DNA of 64,000 nt from Candidatus Spongiisociaceae bacterium (lineage in GTDB: Bacteria; Actinomycetota; Acidimicrobiia; Spongiisociales; Spongiisociaceae). Location: the NCBI GenBank assembly GCA_965219685.1, contig CBDCOH010000002.1, positions 3,808,001 to 3,872,000 of the forward strand. The letters are read 5' to 3'. A model generated the notes under the pieces. It ran no database searches. It saw only the letters and a list, made by a program, of their open reading frames with translations, and was not told the DNA's origin. Shown here one piece after another: positions 30,218-39,480 of this stretch. A program made the position numbers and the translations under genes. Within the stretch, counting starts at the first letter, position 1. The number at the start of each line of letters is the position of its first letter.

Positions 30218-31002
30218 GCCACGGACAGTCCCACCGAGCCGATCCGGTCGAAGGAGGCGACGACAGTGTCCCCAGGGGCAACCGGTACCGCACCGGTCAA
30301 CGCCCCGGCCAGGACCAACGAACCGGCAGGGAGACCCTGGTCTCTCTCGGCCAGCTTCCGCACGAACCAGGCCACCGCCGCGGCCGGATGGCCCAGGACG
30401 GCCGCGCCCGCGGCGGTGGCGGCGATCTCGCCGTTCTTCTCGAACACGCAACCCACCAGCGCCAAGTCGAAGTCGCCTAGGGCTACCGGATTCCCCACTG
30501 TGAACGCCCCGGCACTGCAGTTGTCGGCCACTACGTCGGCCAGGGTGAAGGAGTATCCGGCGAAACGGGAGTCGAGGATGTCGAGCGCCGGCGCAACGGC
30601 GGCGGTGGCGGCGAGAACCTCGTGCAGACCGACCGGTCCCTCGAGGTCCTTCGAGGTTATGAACGCGATTTCCGGCTCGGCGCGGGGCTGGATGAGCAGG
30701 CCACTTTCCAGGGGCTGTCCGGGATTCAGGCGGTGGCGGTCCGTGAACCATCCATACAGAGCCTCGGAGACCCCCATCTGTTGCTGTTTTGCCCGGCTGG
30801 TCAACCCCAGCTTGGCGGCGACGATGGTTTCACCATCTACCTCGGCACGGGCCAGAAGGGTGTCCTGGATGTCGTAGGCGTCGTCGACGGTGAACCGGTG
30901 CTCGGTCGTCAGGGAGTCGATGGCGGTCCGCGTTTCGACGGCGTTCGCCAATCTGGCCGCGAAACGCTCTGCCAGATCGCTAGCGGGTGCTGGGCGTATC
31001 AC
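30214..31002 (-). CDS. dmpH: 4-oxalocrotonate decarboxylase
   Basis: KLGLTSRAKQQQMGV, typical of DmpH/XylI; PRAEPEIAF and VVADNCS. Confidence 0.8.
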   Translation of the reverse strand: MIRPAPASDLAERFAARLANAVETRTAIDSLTTEHRFTVDDAYDIQDTLLARAEVDGETIVAAKLGLTSRAKQQQMGVSEALYGWFTDRHRLNPGQPLESGLLIQPRAEPEIAFITSKDLEGPVGLHEVLAATAAVAPALDILDSRFAGYSFTLADVVADNCSAGAFTVGNPVALGDFDLALVGCVFEKNGEIAATAAGAAVLGHPAAAVAWFVRKLAERDQGLPAGSLVLAGALTGAVPVAPGDTVVASFDRIGSVGLSVA

Positions 31003-31014
31003 GTCTGGCTCCTC

Positions 31015-32043
31015 TCACGCTACGGCGGGTTGGGCCGCCGCCGCCCGGCGCTGGAGTTCCATCGCCACGTCGATGATCATGTCCTCCTGGCCTCCCACCA
31101 CTCTCCGCTCGCCCAGTTCCAGCAGGATGTCCCTGGTCGGGACGCCGTATCTCTCGGCGGCGCGCTTGGCGTGCAGCAGGAACGACCCGTAGACGCCCGC
31201 GTAGCCCAGTAGCAGCCCGTCGCCGTCGATGACTCCCTGCTCGGGACGGATGGGGCGGACCGCCCGGTCGGCCACCTCGATCAGTGAGATCGGGTCGATG
31301 CCGGTCACCCAGCCGGTCTTCTCGCACGCTGCGACCAGCACCTCGGTGGGGCAGTTGCCGGCCCCGGCGCCCAGGCCGGTCATGCACCCGTCGATCTGGT
31401 CCACCCCTTCCTCAAGGGCGGCAAGGGAGTTGGCCACCGCCAGGGATAGGTTGTTGTGGGCATGGATACCCACCTCGCATGACAGGCCGGCCTTGAGGGT
31501 CGCCACCCGGCGCCGGGCGTCGTCGATGGTCATGGCCCCGGCCGAGTCGACCGTGTAGACCACGTCGGCGCCGTAGGACTCCATGAGCAGGGCCTGCTCC
31601 AGCAGCGCGTCCGGTTCGATCATGTGGGACATCATCAGGAAGCCCACCGCTTCCATCCCGAGTTCCTTGGACAGCGCGATGTGCTGCTCGGCTATGTCGG
31701 CTTCGGTGCAGTGGGTGGCGATGCGGGCCACCCGGACGCCCATCCCGGCGGCCCGGCGGAGGTCGTCCTTCACCCCGATCCCCGGGAGCATCAGCACGGC
31801 GATCTTGGAGTTGGTAGCCGTCTCGACCGCCACCCTGATGAGGTTCATCTCGTCGGTGTGCGAGAAGCCGTAGTTGAAAGACGATCCCCCCAGCCCGTCG
31901 CCGTGGGTGACCTCGATCACGGGGACCCCGGCCTGGTCCAGCCCGGCCACGACCCGCCGGACCTGGCTCTCGGTGAGTTGGTGGGCCACGGCGTGCGAAC
32001 CGTCCCGCAGTGTGGAGTCGGTGAGGCGGAATGCGGCCGTCAT
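31015..32043 (-). CDS. dmpG: 4-hydroxy-2-oxovalerate aldolase
   Basis: [37 protein letters not shown] and GGQEDMI. Confidence 0.96.
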   Translation of the reverse strand: MTAAFRLTDSTLRDGSHAVAHQLTESQVRRVVAGLDQAGVPVIEVTHGDGLGGSSFNYGFSHTDEMNLIRVAVETATNSKIAVLMLPGIGVKDDLRRAAGMGVRVARIATHCTEADIAEQHIALSKELGMEAVGFLMMSHMIEPDALLEQALLMESYGADVVYTVDSAGAMTIDDARRRVATLKAGLSCEVGIHAHNNLSLAVANSLAALEEGVDQIDGCMTGLGAGAGNCPTEVLVAACEKTGWVTGIDPISLIEVADRAVRPIRPEQGVIDGDGLLLGYAGVYGSFLLHAKRAAERYGVPTRDILLELGERRVVGGQEDMIIDVAMELQRRAAAAQPAVA

Positions 32044-32936
32044 CGGACGGCTGCCATTGCCTCGGCCACCCGGACGGCGGAGGCGGTCATGATGTCGAGG
32101 TTGCCGGCGTACGGGGGCAGGTAGTCGGCGGCCCCCTCCACTTCCAGAAGCACCACCACCCGGGCTTTCACATCGCCGCCGGGAGTACGGAACAGGTCCT
32201 CGTCGAACACGGGCTCCGCCTTGATCCGGTAACCGGGTACGTAGGTGGCCACTGTGCGGACCATCTCGTTGATCGAATCGGCGACCTCGTCCCGGTCGTA
32301 GCCGTCGCCCAGGGCGCAGAAGACGGTGTTGCGCATCAGGATGGGAGGATCGGCAGGATTGAGGATCATGATCGCCTTGCCGTGGTCGGCCCCTCCCACC
32401 TCCACCAGCGAGGCCGAGGTGGTCTTGGTGAACTCGTCGATGTTCTGGCGGGTTCCCGGACCTGCCGACACCGACGACACCGTCGACACGATCTCCGCGT
32501 ACGGGACCGGGGCCACGGCCCCGACAGCCGCCACTATGGGGACGGTGGCCTGCCCGCCGCAGGTGATGAGGTTGAGGTTGGGTGCGTCGAGGTGGGCGTC
32601 GAGGTTGACCGGGGGGACCACCAGGGGTCCGAGTTTGGCCGGGGTCAGGTCGATCGCCGTGATCCCCGCCTGCCGGTATCGAGGGGCGTTCATCCGGTGG
32701 ACCCAGGCAGAGGTGGCCTCGAACACCAGGTCGAAGCTGTCGGCGTTCCCGATCACCCAGTCCGCGCCCTCCGCGGTCGCCTCGACTCCTTCCGCCCTTG
32801 CCCTGGCCAGTCCTTCCGACTCCGGGTCGATACCCGCCATGGCTCCGACTTCCAGGACATCGGAGCGGAGGAGCTTGTGGAGCAGGTCGGTGCCGATGTT
32901 CCCGCTGCCGACGATGGCGCAACGCATCTGGCTCAA
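32040..32936 (-). CDS. dmpF: Acetaldehyde dehydrogenase (acylating)
   Basis: [29 protein letters not shown] and YAGNLDIMT. Confidence 0.96.
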   Translation of the reverse strand: MSQMRCAIVGSGNIGTDLLHKLLRSDVLEVGAMAGIDPESEGLARARAEGVEATAEGADWVIGNADSFDLVFEATSAWVHRMNAPRYRQAGITAIDLTPAKLGPLVVPPVNLDAHLDAPNLNLITCGGQATVPIVAAVGAVAPVPYAEIVSTVSSVSAGPGTRQNIDEFTKTTSASLVEVGGADHGKAIMILNPADPPILMRNTVFCALGDGYDRDEVADSINEMVRTVATYVPGYRIKAEPVFDEDLFRTPGGDVKARVVVLLEVEGAADYLPPYAGNLDIMTASAVRVAEAMAAVR

Positions 32937-32937
32937 G

Positions 32938-33705
32938 TCATGCCATCCTCAGGGAGACCGGTCCGAGGCGGTCGAAATCGGCTCGCACCACGTCTCCGGC
33001 GTCCACGTCCACCGCGGCGTGCAACGCCCCGGTCATGACGAACATTCCGGGTTCCAGGATGACCCCGTGGGGGGCGAGCGTGTTGGCTAGCCACGCCAGG
33101 GCTGTGATGGGGTTCCCGAGCGCGGCCGCCCCGGCGCCGGTGGCAACGATCGCGCCGTTCAGCGAGAAGGTCATGCCCACCAGCCGCAGGTCGAAGTCGA
33201 CCGGCACGATACGGCTGCTCAGGACCACCCCGCCGATCGAGGCGAGGTCGCTGATGGTGTCGGCCAGCTTGATCCGCCAGTCGGCGATCCGCGAGTCGAC
33301 CACCTCGATGGCGGCCACCGCGCCTCCCACCGCCCGGGCGGCCTCGATGCCGGTGACGTTGGGCCCGGCAAGAGGCCGGTCCAGGACCAGCGCTATCTCG
33401 GCCTCGGCCCTCGGCCGGATCAAGGAGGCGGTGTCGAGATCCCCTTCGTGGACCATCGAGTGCAGCACCGGGCCGTAGTCGGGGTCGGAGATGCCCATCA
33501 TCTGCTGCATCGCCTTGGAGGTCAGGCCGAGCTTGTAGCCCGAGATCGAGTCCCCGTCGGTGAGGAGCATCGAGGCGAAGCAGGTCTGCACGGCGTACGC
33601 ATCATCGGCTGTCATACCGGGGTCGGTGTCCGTGAAAGGCTCGATGGGACTGCGGTCCCTGCGGGCCGCGTAGAGCGCCTCGGCCCGCTGCTGGGCGGTG
33701 GTCAT
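32938..33705 (-). CDS. dmpE: 2-oxopent-4-enoate hydratase
   Basis: [21 protein letters not shown] and [14 protein letters not shown], typical of MhpD/DmpE. Confidence 0.85.
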   Translation of the reverse strand: MTTAQQRAEALYAARRDRSPIEPFTDTDPGMTADDAYAVQTCFASMLLTDGDSISGYKLGLTSKAMQQMMGISDPDYGPVLHSMVHEGDLDTASLIRPRAEAEIALVLDRPLAGPNVTGIEAARAVGGAVAAIEVVDSRIADWRIKLADTISDLASIGGVVLSSRIVPVDFDLRLVGMTFSLNGAIVATGAGAAALGNPITALAWLANTLAPHGVILEPGMFVMTGALHAAVDVDAGDVVRADFDRLGPVSLRMA

Positions 33706-33772
33706 TGGTTGCTGTCCTTGCCTGGCCTGACCCTTTTACCGTACCCAAGCGGCCGCGGATCTTGTGAACACC

Positions 33773-33789
33773 GTTCTTCTATGCGGTAC
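33773..33789. promoter_or_regulatory. IclR-type operator, copy A (GTTCTTCTATGCGGTAC)
   Basis: Matches 36187-36203 and 36371-36387; lies upstream of the meta-cleavage operon. Confidence 0.6.
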
Positions 33790-33926
33790 GGGGTGGTGGC
33801 TGGGGGTGTTGAGCGGTCGGGGGTCCCCCGGGCCGACGGTAGGCGTAAGTACTACGCCGCCTCGTTGGTGGTCGGAACTCTTGTCGTCTCCGTCGGAAAC
33901 GCCTGAACCGCTTGTTACCGTTTCGG

Positions 33927-34545
33927 TTACCAACCTAGCGGTTTGGTGATGACTCCGATCCTCGTCCCTCAGCGTTTCGGGAAACTGGCTGTTGCGCAGG
34001 TGGCTCTTCCAGAGACGCTTGACGTAAGTGGCCGATTCTGCCAACTCCCTAGGGCTGGTGTTTCTCCGATCGGGGTTCACCAAGGTAACGCGCCTGTTGA
34101 GGCCATGCCTCACGTACCTCATTGCAGCTGCGGAGTCCGCGTCATTGGATACAACGACCGCATGCTCGTAATCACCATCGAAACCGTCGACCAGGAGGCG
34201 TGTCGCCAGGTTCACGTCGGATCCCTTCTCGTCCGACTCCCGTATCAGAACATAGTTAGGTAGCCCGGCAACAGGCTCGGCCAGCGGTCGACGCTTGAAA
34301 CCAGACCGGAAGGCCCCATAGTGGATCTCAACGCGCGGCAACGTCGCAAGTGCTCTCAGATACACGAGTTGTCGACGCGGTTGCGACGGGTTGCCCGGAC
34401 GCGCGCCAAGCCGGGCAGTGAAGTAGCAAACCCTATGAATGGTGTCTTCGGGGAAGAGCGTCTCGGCCAGCGTTGAGAGGTCCAGCCATCTGAAGGGCCC
34501 GTCCTTCAGCGCACGGTAGTAGAGGTTGTACCCGTCGATGTACAT
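33927..34545 (-). pseudogene. NYN/LabA-DUF88 (PIN-like) RNase with a probable 1-nt frameshift near the 3' end
   Basis: YIDGYNLYY, YFTA, EKGSDVNLA and SNDAD motifs. Removing one base at ~33957 restores the family-like end DGVITKPLGW-stop (TAA 33927-33929); otherwise it reads through to 33736. Confidence 0.8.
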
Positions 34546-34577
34546 GTTGGTGATCAGGTTCCACCCCCTGCACGACA

Positions 34578-34666
34578 GAGACCGCCCCGGGGGGCGGTCT
34601 CGGCCCTACCGGCGAAGCGATAGGGGAAGTGCCTACATTATATAGCGGTCAGACTCGCTATATCAA
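34578..34666 (-). promoter_or_regulatory. NYN promoter (TTGATA-N18-TATAAT with inverted repeat ATATAGCG/CGCTATAT) and two-hairpin leader
   Basis: Hairpins GAGACCGCCC..GGGCGGTCTC (34578-34601) and CCCTA..TAGGG (34604-34625). Confidence 0.6.
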
Positions 34667-34739
34667 GCTGTAAACCGTCCGAATCCAACCTTACCGACCG
34701 TCACCACCGAGTGGCCGACTGGTCTTGGACAATGACCGA

Positions 34740-35501
34740 CTACCGGCGATATCCCAGCTGATAAGACGCCACTGCAGCGGCTTCACGTACGGACTGGGAA
34801 AGGCCGAGCAGTTCGGATCCGAAGCGGGACTTCGGGCCTGCCATCGAGACAGCCGCGACGACTGCCCGGCTGCGGTCGCGGATCGGGGCCGACACCGAGA
34901 TGACTCCCAACTCCGACTCCTCGAGGTTGCAGGCGTAGCCGCGGCGGCGTATCCCCGCGAGTTGCCCGCGGAACGTCATGGTGTCGGTGATTGTATGGAC
35001 GGTCTTCGCCTCCATCCTCCATCCATCCAGTATCCGGTCGAGCGTGGCGTCGTCGAGGTGGGCCAGCAGGCACTTGCCGGTGCTGGTCGAGTTCGCCGGT
35101 TGGCGCCGCCCTACCTTGATGAACAGGCGCAGCATGTGAGGCGAGTCGAGACGCTCGATGTAGATCACCTCGCGGAGGTCGAGAACGCCGGCGTGCACGG
35201 TCCCTCCCGTCACGTCCTGTAGCCAGTTCATCGGGGGAGTCAGGGCGGCGTGCAGGTTGAGGCCGGTGACCGCCGTGTTGCCCAGGTCGTACATGGCCAG
35301 GCCGAGCCGGTAGCGACCAGTGTCGGGGTTCTTCACCAGCAGGTGCTCCTCGGTAAGGGTGGTGAGCAGGCGGTGCACCGTGGACTTGCCGAGATCCAGG
35401 CGCCGGGACAGTTCGGAGACACCCAGTTCGGGGCGTTCGGAGGAAAACTCCTTGAGCGCCCTGGCGGCGTTGCGGACCGAGGACAGGGTGCGGCCGCTCA
35501 A
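34740..35501 (-). CDS. IclR family transcriptional regulator
   Basis: HTH LGVSELSRRLDLGKSTVHRLLTTL, STSTGKCLLA, RRRGYA..EE and SVSAPI; TTG start overlaps the upstream stop. Confidence 0.92.
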   Translation of the reverse strand: MSGRTLSSVRNAARALKEFSSERPELGVSELSRRLDLGKSTVHRLLTTLTEEHLLVKNPDTGRYRLGLAMYDLGNTAVTGLNLHAALTPPMNWLQDVTGGTVHAGVLDLREVIYIERLDSPHMLRLFIKVGRRQPANSTSTGKCLLAHLDDATLDRILDGWRMEAKTVHTITDTMTFRGQLAGIRRRGYACNLEESELGVISVSAPIRDRSRAVVAAVSMAGPKSRFGSELLGLSQSVREAAAVASYQLGYRR

Positions 35502-36175
35502 CCGGGTCCTCTCAGCGCCGTCAGCACTGCCCTCCGCACCTTCTTGCGGTCGCCTGACGCCGCCGACTCCTTCACCGGTTCGCTCCACGGAACCAGAGCA
35601 CGGGCCAGCAGTCCGTGGGCGCGGGTCAATCCGGCCGCGTCGGCGGCAGCGAGTTCGTCGACCAGTCCCGGGTCGCCGGATGCATGGGAGCGGATGGACT
35701 CGTAGTCGCGGGCGGCGGCTAGATGGGCGTTGGCGAGACCTGTCCCCGCATGCGTCGCGTGATGAGCCGTGAGGTCCGAACCGGGCCGCATCACCAAGTG
35801 GTACTGGTACCCCCCGATCCCTACCACCCTTCTCACCGAACCGGGATCGGGCCGATCTCCGCTCTCGGCGGTGCCGAGTGCCGGCAGTACCACCGGGTCT
35901 AGGAACCGGAGAGTCCAGACCATGCCGTCCTGCTCGAAGTCGGCGCTGACTTCCGGACCCCGTGGCGCGGCGAGGCGTTCACCGGTGGCGATCACATGGA
36001 GGTTGCGCGCTCCAGCCGCCACCACCGTGAACGGGCTGGTCAGAAGCTCAAGGCTCCCCTGAATGGCGGGAGGGTAGGTGAAGGCGACCCGTGTGTAGGC
36101 GGAGTGGACGTTGGCCACGTAGTCGGCCATGGCGGCCCGGATGTCTTCCGGACGGGGTCTGGACATGTCGTCCAT
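35498..36175 (-). CDS. Hypothetical protein, coupled to the IclR gene
   Basis: Clean ORF overlapping the IclR start; His-rich motif HHATHAGTGLANAH. Confidence 0.7.
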   Translation of the reverse strand: MDDMSRPRPEDIRAAMADYVANVHSAYTRVAFTYPPAIQGSLELLTSPFTVVAAGARNLHVIATGERLAAPRGPEVSADFEQDGMVWTLRFLDPVVLPALGTAESGDRPDPGSVRRVVGIGGYQYHLVMRPGSDLTAHHATHAGTGLANAHLAAARDYESIRSHASGDPGLVDELAAADAAGLTRAHGLLARALVPWSEPVKESAASGDRKKVRRAVLTALRGPG

Positions 36176-36186
36176 CCTAGCTCTTT

Positions 36187-36203
36187 GTTCCTCTATGCGG
36201 AAC
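36187..36203. promoter_or_regulatory. IclR-type operator, copy B (GTTCCTCTATGCGGAAC)
   Basis: Imperfect palindrome about 12 bp upstream of the ATG at 36175. Confidence 0.65.
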
Positions 36204-36207
36204 GGGA

Positions 36208-36268
36208 TGGTGAGTGGTGAGTGGTGAGTGGTGAGTGGTGAATGGTGAATGGTGAATGGTGAATGGTG
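36208..36268. repeat. Heptamer tandem repeat (GTGARTG) x~8
   Basis: Lies in the divergent promoter region, between operators B and C. Confidence 0.9.
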
Positions 36269-36370
36269 GAGGGTACTCGACTACCAGGCAAGGACCGGCC
36301 ACGATGAGCTAGCGAGGTGTGGGAGCCGTTCAAGGGCGGCGGTAGCAGGCGACCGGCTACCGGCCAAAGC

Positions 36371-36387
36371 GTTCCGCTATACGGAAC
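36371..36387. promoter_or_regulatory. IclR-type operator, copy C (GTTCCGCTATACGGAAC)
   Basis: Near-perfect palindrome upstream of the catechol 2,3-dioxygenase operon. Confidence 0.7.
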
Positions 36388-36449
36388 ATGGCTTCCTGGA
36401 TCGGAGCCGGGGGCGTAGGTTTCGGTTAGTAGCTACGGATTGCGTGCTG

Positions 36450-37358
36450 ATGGGCATTCTCCGGTTGAGCCATGTGGACATCACGGTTCCCGACCTCGAC
36501 CTCGCGTCGGCGTACTACACGGGCGTGATGGGGATGATCGAGGTGGAGCGGACCTCGGACCGCGCTTTCTTCAAGTGCTGGGACGAGGAGGACCATCACT
36601 CGCTCGCGGTCCGCTACGACCCCCGGGTGGGTATCGACCGCTTCTCGTTCAAGGTCGAGGACGACGAGGATCTGGCAGAACTGGAGGACCGCGTGGAGTC
36701 CTTCGGCTTCCGGGTCGAACGAATCTCGAAGGGGGAGGAGGTCGGCCAGGGCGAGTCGATCCGCTTCGCCACCCCGTCCGGTCACACGATGGAGTTGGTG
36801 CGGGAGGTGGAGCGGGTGGGTGGTTTGCTGCCCAAGCTCAACCCGTCCCCGGTGCCTCCCGACCTACCGGGCATTGCACCGCCCCGGATGGATCACCTGC
36901 TGGTCACCGCCGAGGAGGTGGGTGAGGCCACCAAGTTCTACAGAGAGATACTCGGCTTCCGGATCACCGAGCAGCTCCTCGACGGGGAGGGTCGCCAGAT
37001 AGGAACCTGGCTGGAGCGAAGCCACTCCCCGCATGACCTGGCGGTGGTGTCGGGGCCCAACGGCGGGCTCCACCATTTCGCCTTCTGGCTGGACGACTGG
37101 GATCACGTGCGCCGCTCGGCCGACATCCTCGCCTACCACGCCATCCAGATCGACGTGGGGCCCACCCGGCACGGGATCACCCGGGGCAGCACCATCTACT
37201 TCTTCGATCCGATGGGGACCCGCAACGAGGTATTCACGGGCGGCTACCGGCCCGACCCGGACTTCCCCACCATCACCTGGACCGAGGACAACATCGGAAA
37301 GGCCATCTTCTACTACGAAGGCGAACTCAACGAACGCTTCATGAAAGTCCACACCTGA
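36450..37358 (+). CDS. xylE: Catechol 2,3-dioxygenase, paralog 1
   Basis: MGILRLSHV, KCWDEEDHHS, Fe ligands in RMDHLL, LHHFAF and RNEVF, plus GPTRHGITRG. Confidence 0.93.
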   Translation: MGILRLSHVDITVPDLDLASAYYTGVMGMIEVERTSDRAFFKCWDEEDHHSLAVRYDPRVGIDRFSFKVEDDEDLAELEDRVESFGFRVERISKGEEVGQGESIRFATPSGHTMELVREVERVGGLLPKLNPSPVPPDLPGIAPPRMDHLLVTAEEVGEATKFYREILGFRITEQLLDGEGRQIGTWLERSHSPHDLAVVSGPNGGLHHFAFWLDDWDHVRRSADILAYHAIQIDVGPTRHGITRGSTIYFFDPMGTRNEVFTGGYRPDPDFPTITWTEDNIGKAIFYYEGELNERFMKVHT

Positions 37359-37401
37359 TGTCCGCCGTCTGCCCGGCGGCCGTTCCGTGGGAGGGCTGCT
37401 A

Positions 37402-38313
37402 ATGGGCATCCTGCGGCTTTCCCATGTGGTGGTCCGGGTCCCCGACATAGAGCTCGCAACGGCTTACTACTCCGAGGTAATGGGCCTGATCGAGACCGCT
37501 CGAGAGTCCGAGCGGGTGTATATGAAGTGCTGGGACGAGCACCAGCACCACAGTGTGATCCTGGAATACGCGCCGACCTACGGCCTGGAGCGATTCGGCT
37601 TCAAGGTCGAGCACGAGTCCGACCTGGCCGAACTGGCGGCCAGGGTGGAAGAAACGGGGATCCCCACCAAGCGGTTCGAGCCCGGCGAGCTCGGTGTCGG
37701 GTCTGGCGCCACCGTGCAGTTCGTGGCGCCTTCCGGACACACCACCGAACTTGTCTGGGGCATGGCGCAGGTCGGGAACCTCCTCCCCCTGACCAACCCG
37801 CCGCCCGAACCGCAAGGTTTGGTAGGGATCCATCCTCCCCGTATCGATCACATCTTCCTCATGTGCGAGGACGTGGACGAGACCACCGCCTTCTACACCG
37901 ACGTGCTCGACTTCCGCCTCACCGAGCAGATCCTGGCGGACGACGGCCACCAGCTGGTGACCTTCCTCGAGCGCACCCACACCCCTCACGACATCGCCTT
38001 CATCACCGGTCCTAACGGGGCCTTCCATCACGTGGCCTTCTGGCTCGACGACTGGAACGAAGTCCGCAAAGCGGCCGACATCTGCGCCTACCACGGCATT
38101 CCCATCGACGCAGGCCCCACCCGCCACGGCGCCACCCGCGGGCACGGCCTGTACTTCTTCGACCCGGCCGGCAACCGCAACGAGGTCTACACCGGTGGCT
38201 ACTGGGCCGACCCGGACCGCGAGCCGGTGACCTGGACCGAGGCCGAGATCGGGCGGGCCGTTTTCTACTACGAAGGGGTGGTCGACCAGCGCTTCATGAC
38301 GGTGCACTCGTGA
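37402..38313 (+). CDS. xylE: Catechol 2,3-dioxygenase, paralog 2
   Basis: Same motifs: RIDHIF, FHHVAF, GPTRHGATRG and GNRNEVY. Confidence 0.93.
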   Translation: MGILRLSHVVVRVPDIELATAYYSEVMGLIETARESERVYMKCWDEHQHHSVILEYAPTYGLERFGFKVEHESDLAELAARVEETGIPTKRFEPGELGVGSGATVQFVAPSGHTTELVWGMAQVGNLLPLTNPPPEPQGLVGIHPPRIDHIFLMCEDVDETTAFYTDVLDFRLTEQILADDGHQLVTFLERTHTPHDIAFITGPNGAFHHVAFWLDDWNEVRKAADICAYHGIPIDAGPTRHGATRGHGLYFFDPAGNRNEVYTGGYWADPDREPVTWTEAEIGRAVFYYEGVVDQRFMTVHS

Positions 38314-39410
38314 GCGACCGGCGTCCCGACCTGCCCCGCACCGAACGCGACGAGGCGCCCATGTATCTGGCTCGCTATCTCGAGCGGGCCTCCCGGACCC
38401 CCGATCCCGACGAGGATCCCGACGACACCACCCCCCTCTACCTGCGCCGCTTCCGGAACCGTCGCTCGACCGAGACCATCACCGCGCCGCTTCCACCCCT
38501 CTGGGAGCGGTCGGACCACGGCATGCAGATGGTGCTCAGTGAGGACAACCGCAACAAGGAGATCGGCGCCCCGCCCGAGGCCACCCGCCCCGTTGTCAAC
38601 GACGTCTACCTGGTGCGGCACGCCGAGACCCAGGGTTACTCGACGGAGGCCGGTATCACCCCGCTGGGCGTCTGGCAGGCGCGCTCGGTAGGCCACACGC
38701 TCGCCCGTCGGGTCGGCGCCGGGGAGAAGATCGTGCTGGCCCATGCGGCTACCAACCGGGCCGGCCAGACGATAGAACAGATCCATCGATCGGTCCTCGA
38801 CGGGCTGGAGCTGTTCGAGAAGGACGTCAAGGTCATCGACCCGAGGGCGTACGACGAGTTCCGCAACTTCATGGTGGCGACCCCGGACGGCATCATGGAT
38901 GTGACCTCCGCGTTCCGCCTCTACTACTCGGTGCTCGAGCGCTTCGAGCGGATCGCCCTGGGCGACCGTCCCGCCTGGCTGGTGGAGATCGACCGGTTCT
39001 GGCGCACGCAGCAGGGCGGGGGGGATCCGATCCAGCACTGGCTCACCATTCCGATGCTGCACTTCGAGCCGCCCGCTCTGTGCGTTCGGCGCTTTTGGAC
39101 GGGGATCAGAACCCTGGCCGCCGCCGACCCCGGGGCCCGCATCGTCATAGCCACGCACTCGGGACCCATCCGCGCCTTCGCCATCTGGGCCTTCGGGTAC
39201 GACCCGGGCGAGCCCTACAACACCGAGCACGTACGGGTGAAACTGATGGAGGGGGGTCGCGAGGCCCTCGTCGTCTACCGCAACCGGGTCCAGGAGGTCC
39301 TGGTCCCCGAGATCGGTGATCTGCCCACCTGGTCCCTCGACGAGCAATGGACACCTCCGCCCCCGGCACCGGACGACCGGCGACCGGCAACCGACCACCG
39401 CCATGTGTGA
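38310..39410 (+). CDS. Histidine phosphatase superfamily protein with an N-terminal extension
   Basis: VYLVRHAET (RHG variant) and IVIATHSGPIRA. Confidence 0.8.
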   Translation: MSDRRPDLPRTERDEAPMYLARYLERASRTPDPDEDPDDTTPLYLRRFRNRRSTETITAPLPPLWERSDHGMQMVLSEDNRNKEIGAPPEATRPVVNDVYLVRHAETQGYSTEAGITPLGVWQARSVGHTLARRVGAGEKIVLAHAATNRAGQTIEQIHRSVLDGLELFEKDVKVIDPRAYDEFRNFMVATPDGIMDVTSAFRLYYSVLERFERIALGDRPAWLVEIDRFWRTQQGGGDPIQHWLTIPMLHFEPPALCVRRFWTGIRTLAAADPGARIVIATHSGPIRAFAIWAFGYDPGEPYNTEHVRVKLMEGGREALVVYRNRVQEVLVPEIGDLPTWSLDEQWTPPPPAPDDRRPATDHRHV

Positions 39411-39480
39411 TGCGTGTCCCACTGTTGCCCCCGATGCCAACCTTCCCCACCCGGACTCCATGCCCGAGGAGGTGCCTTTC

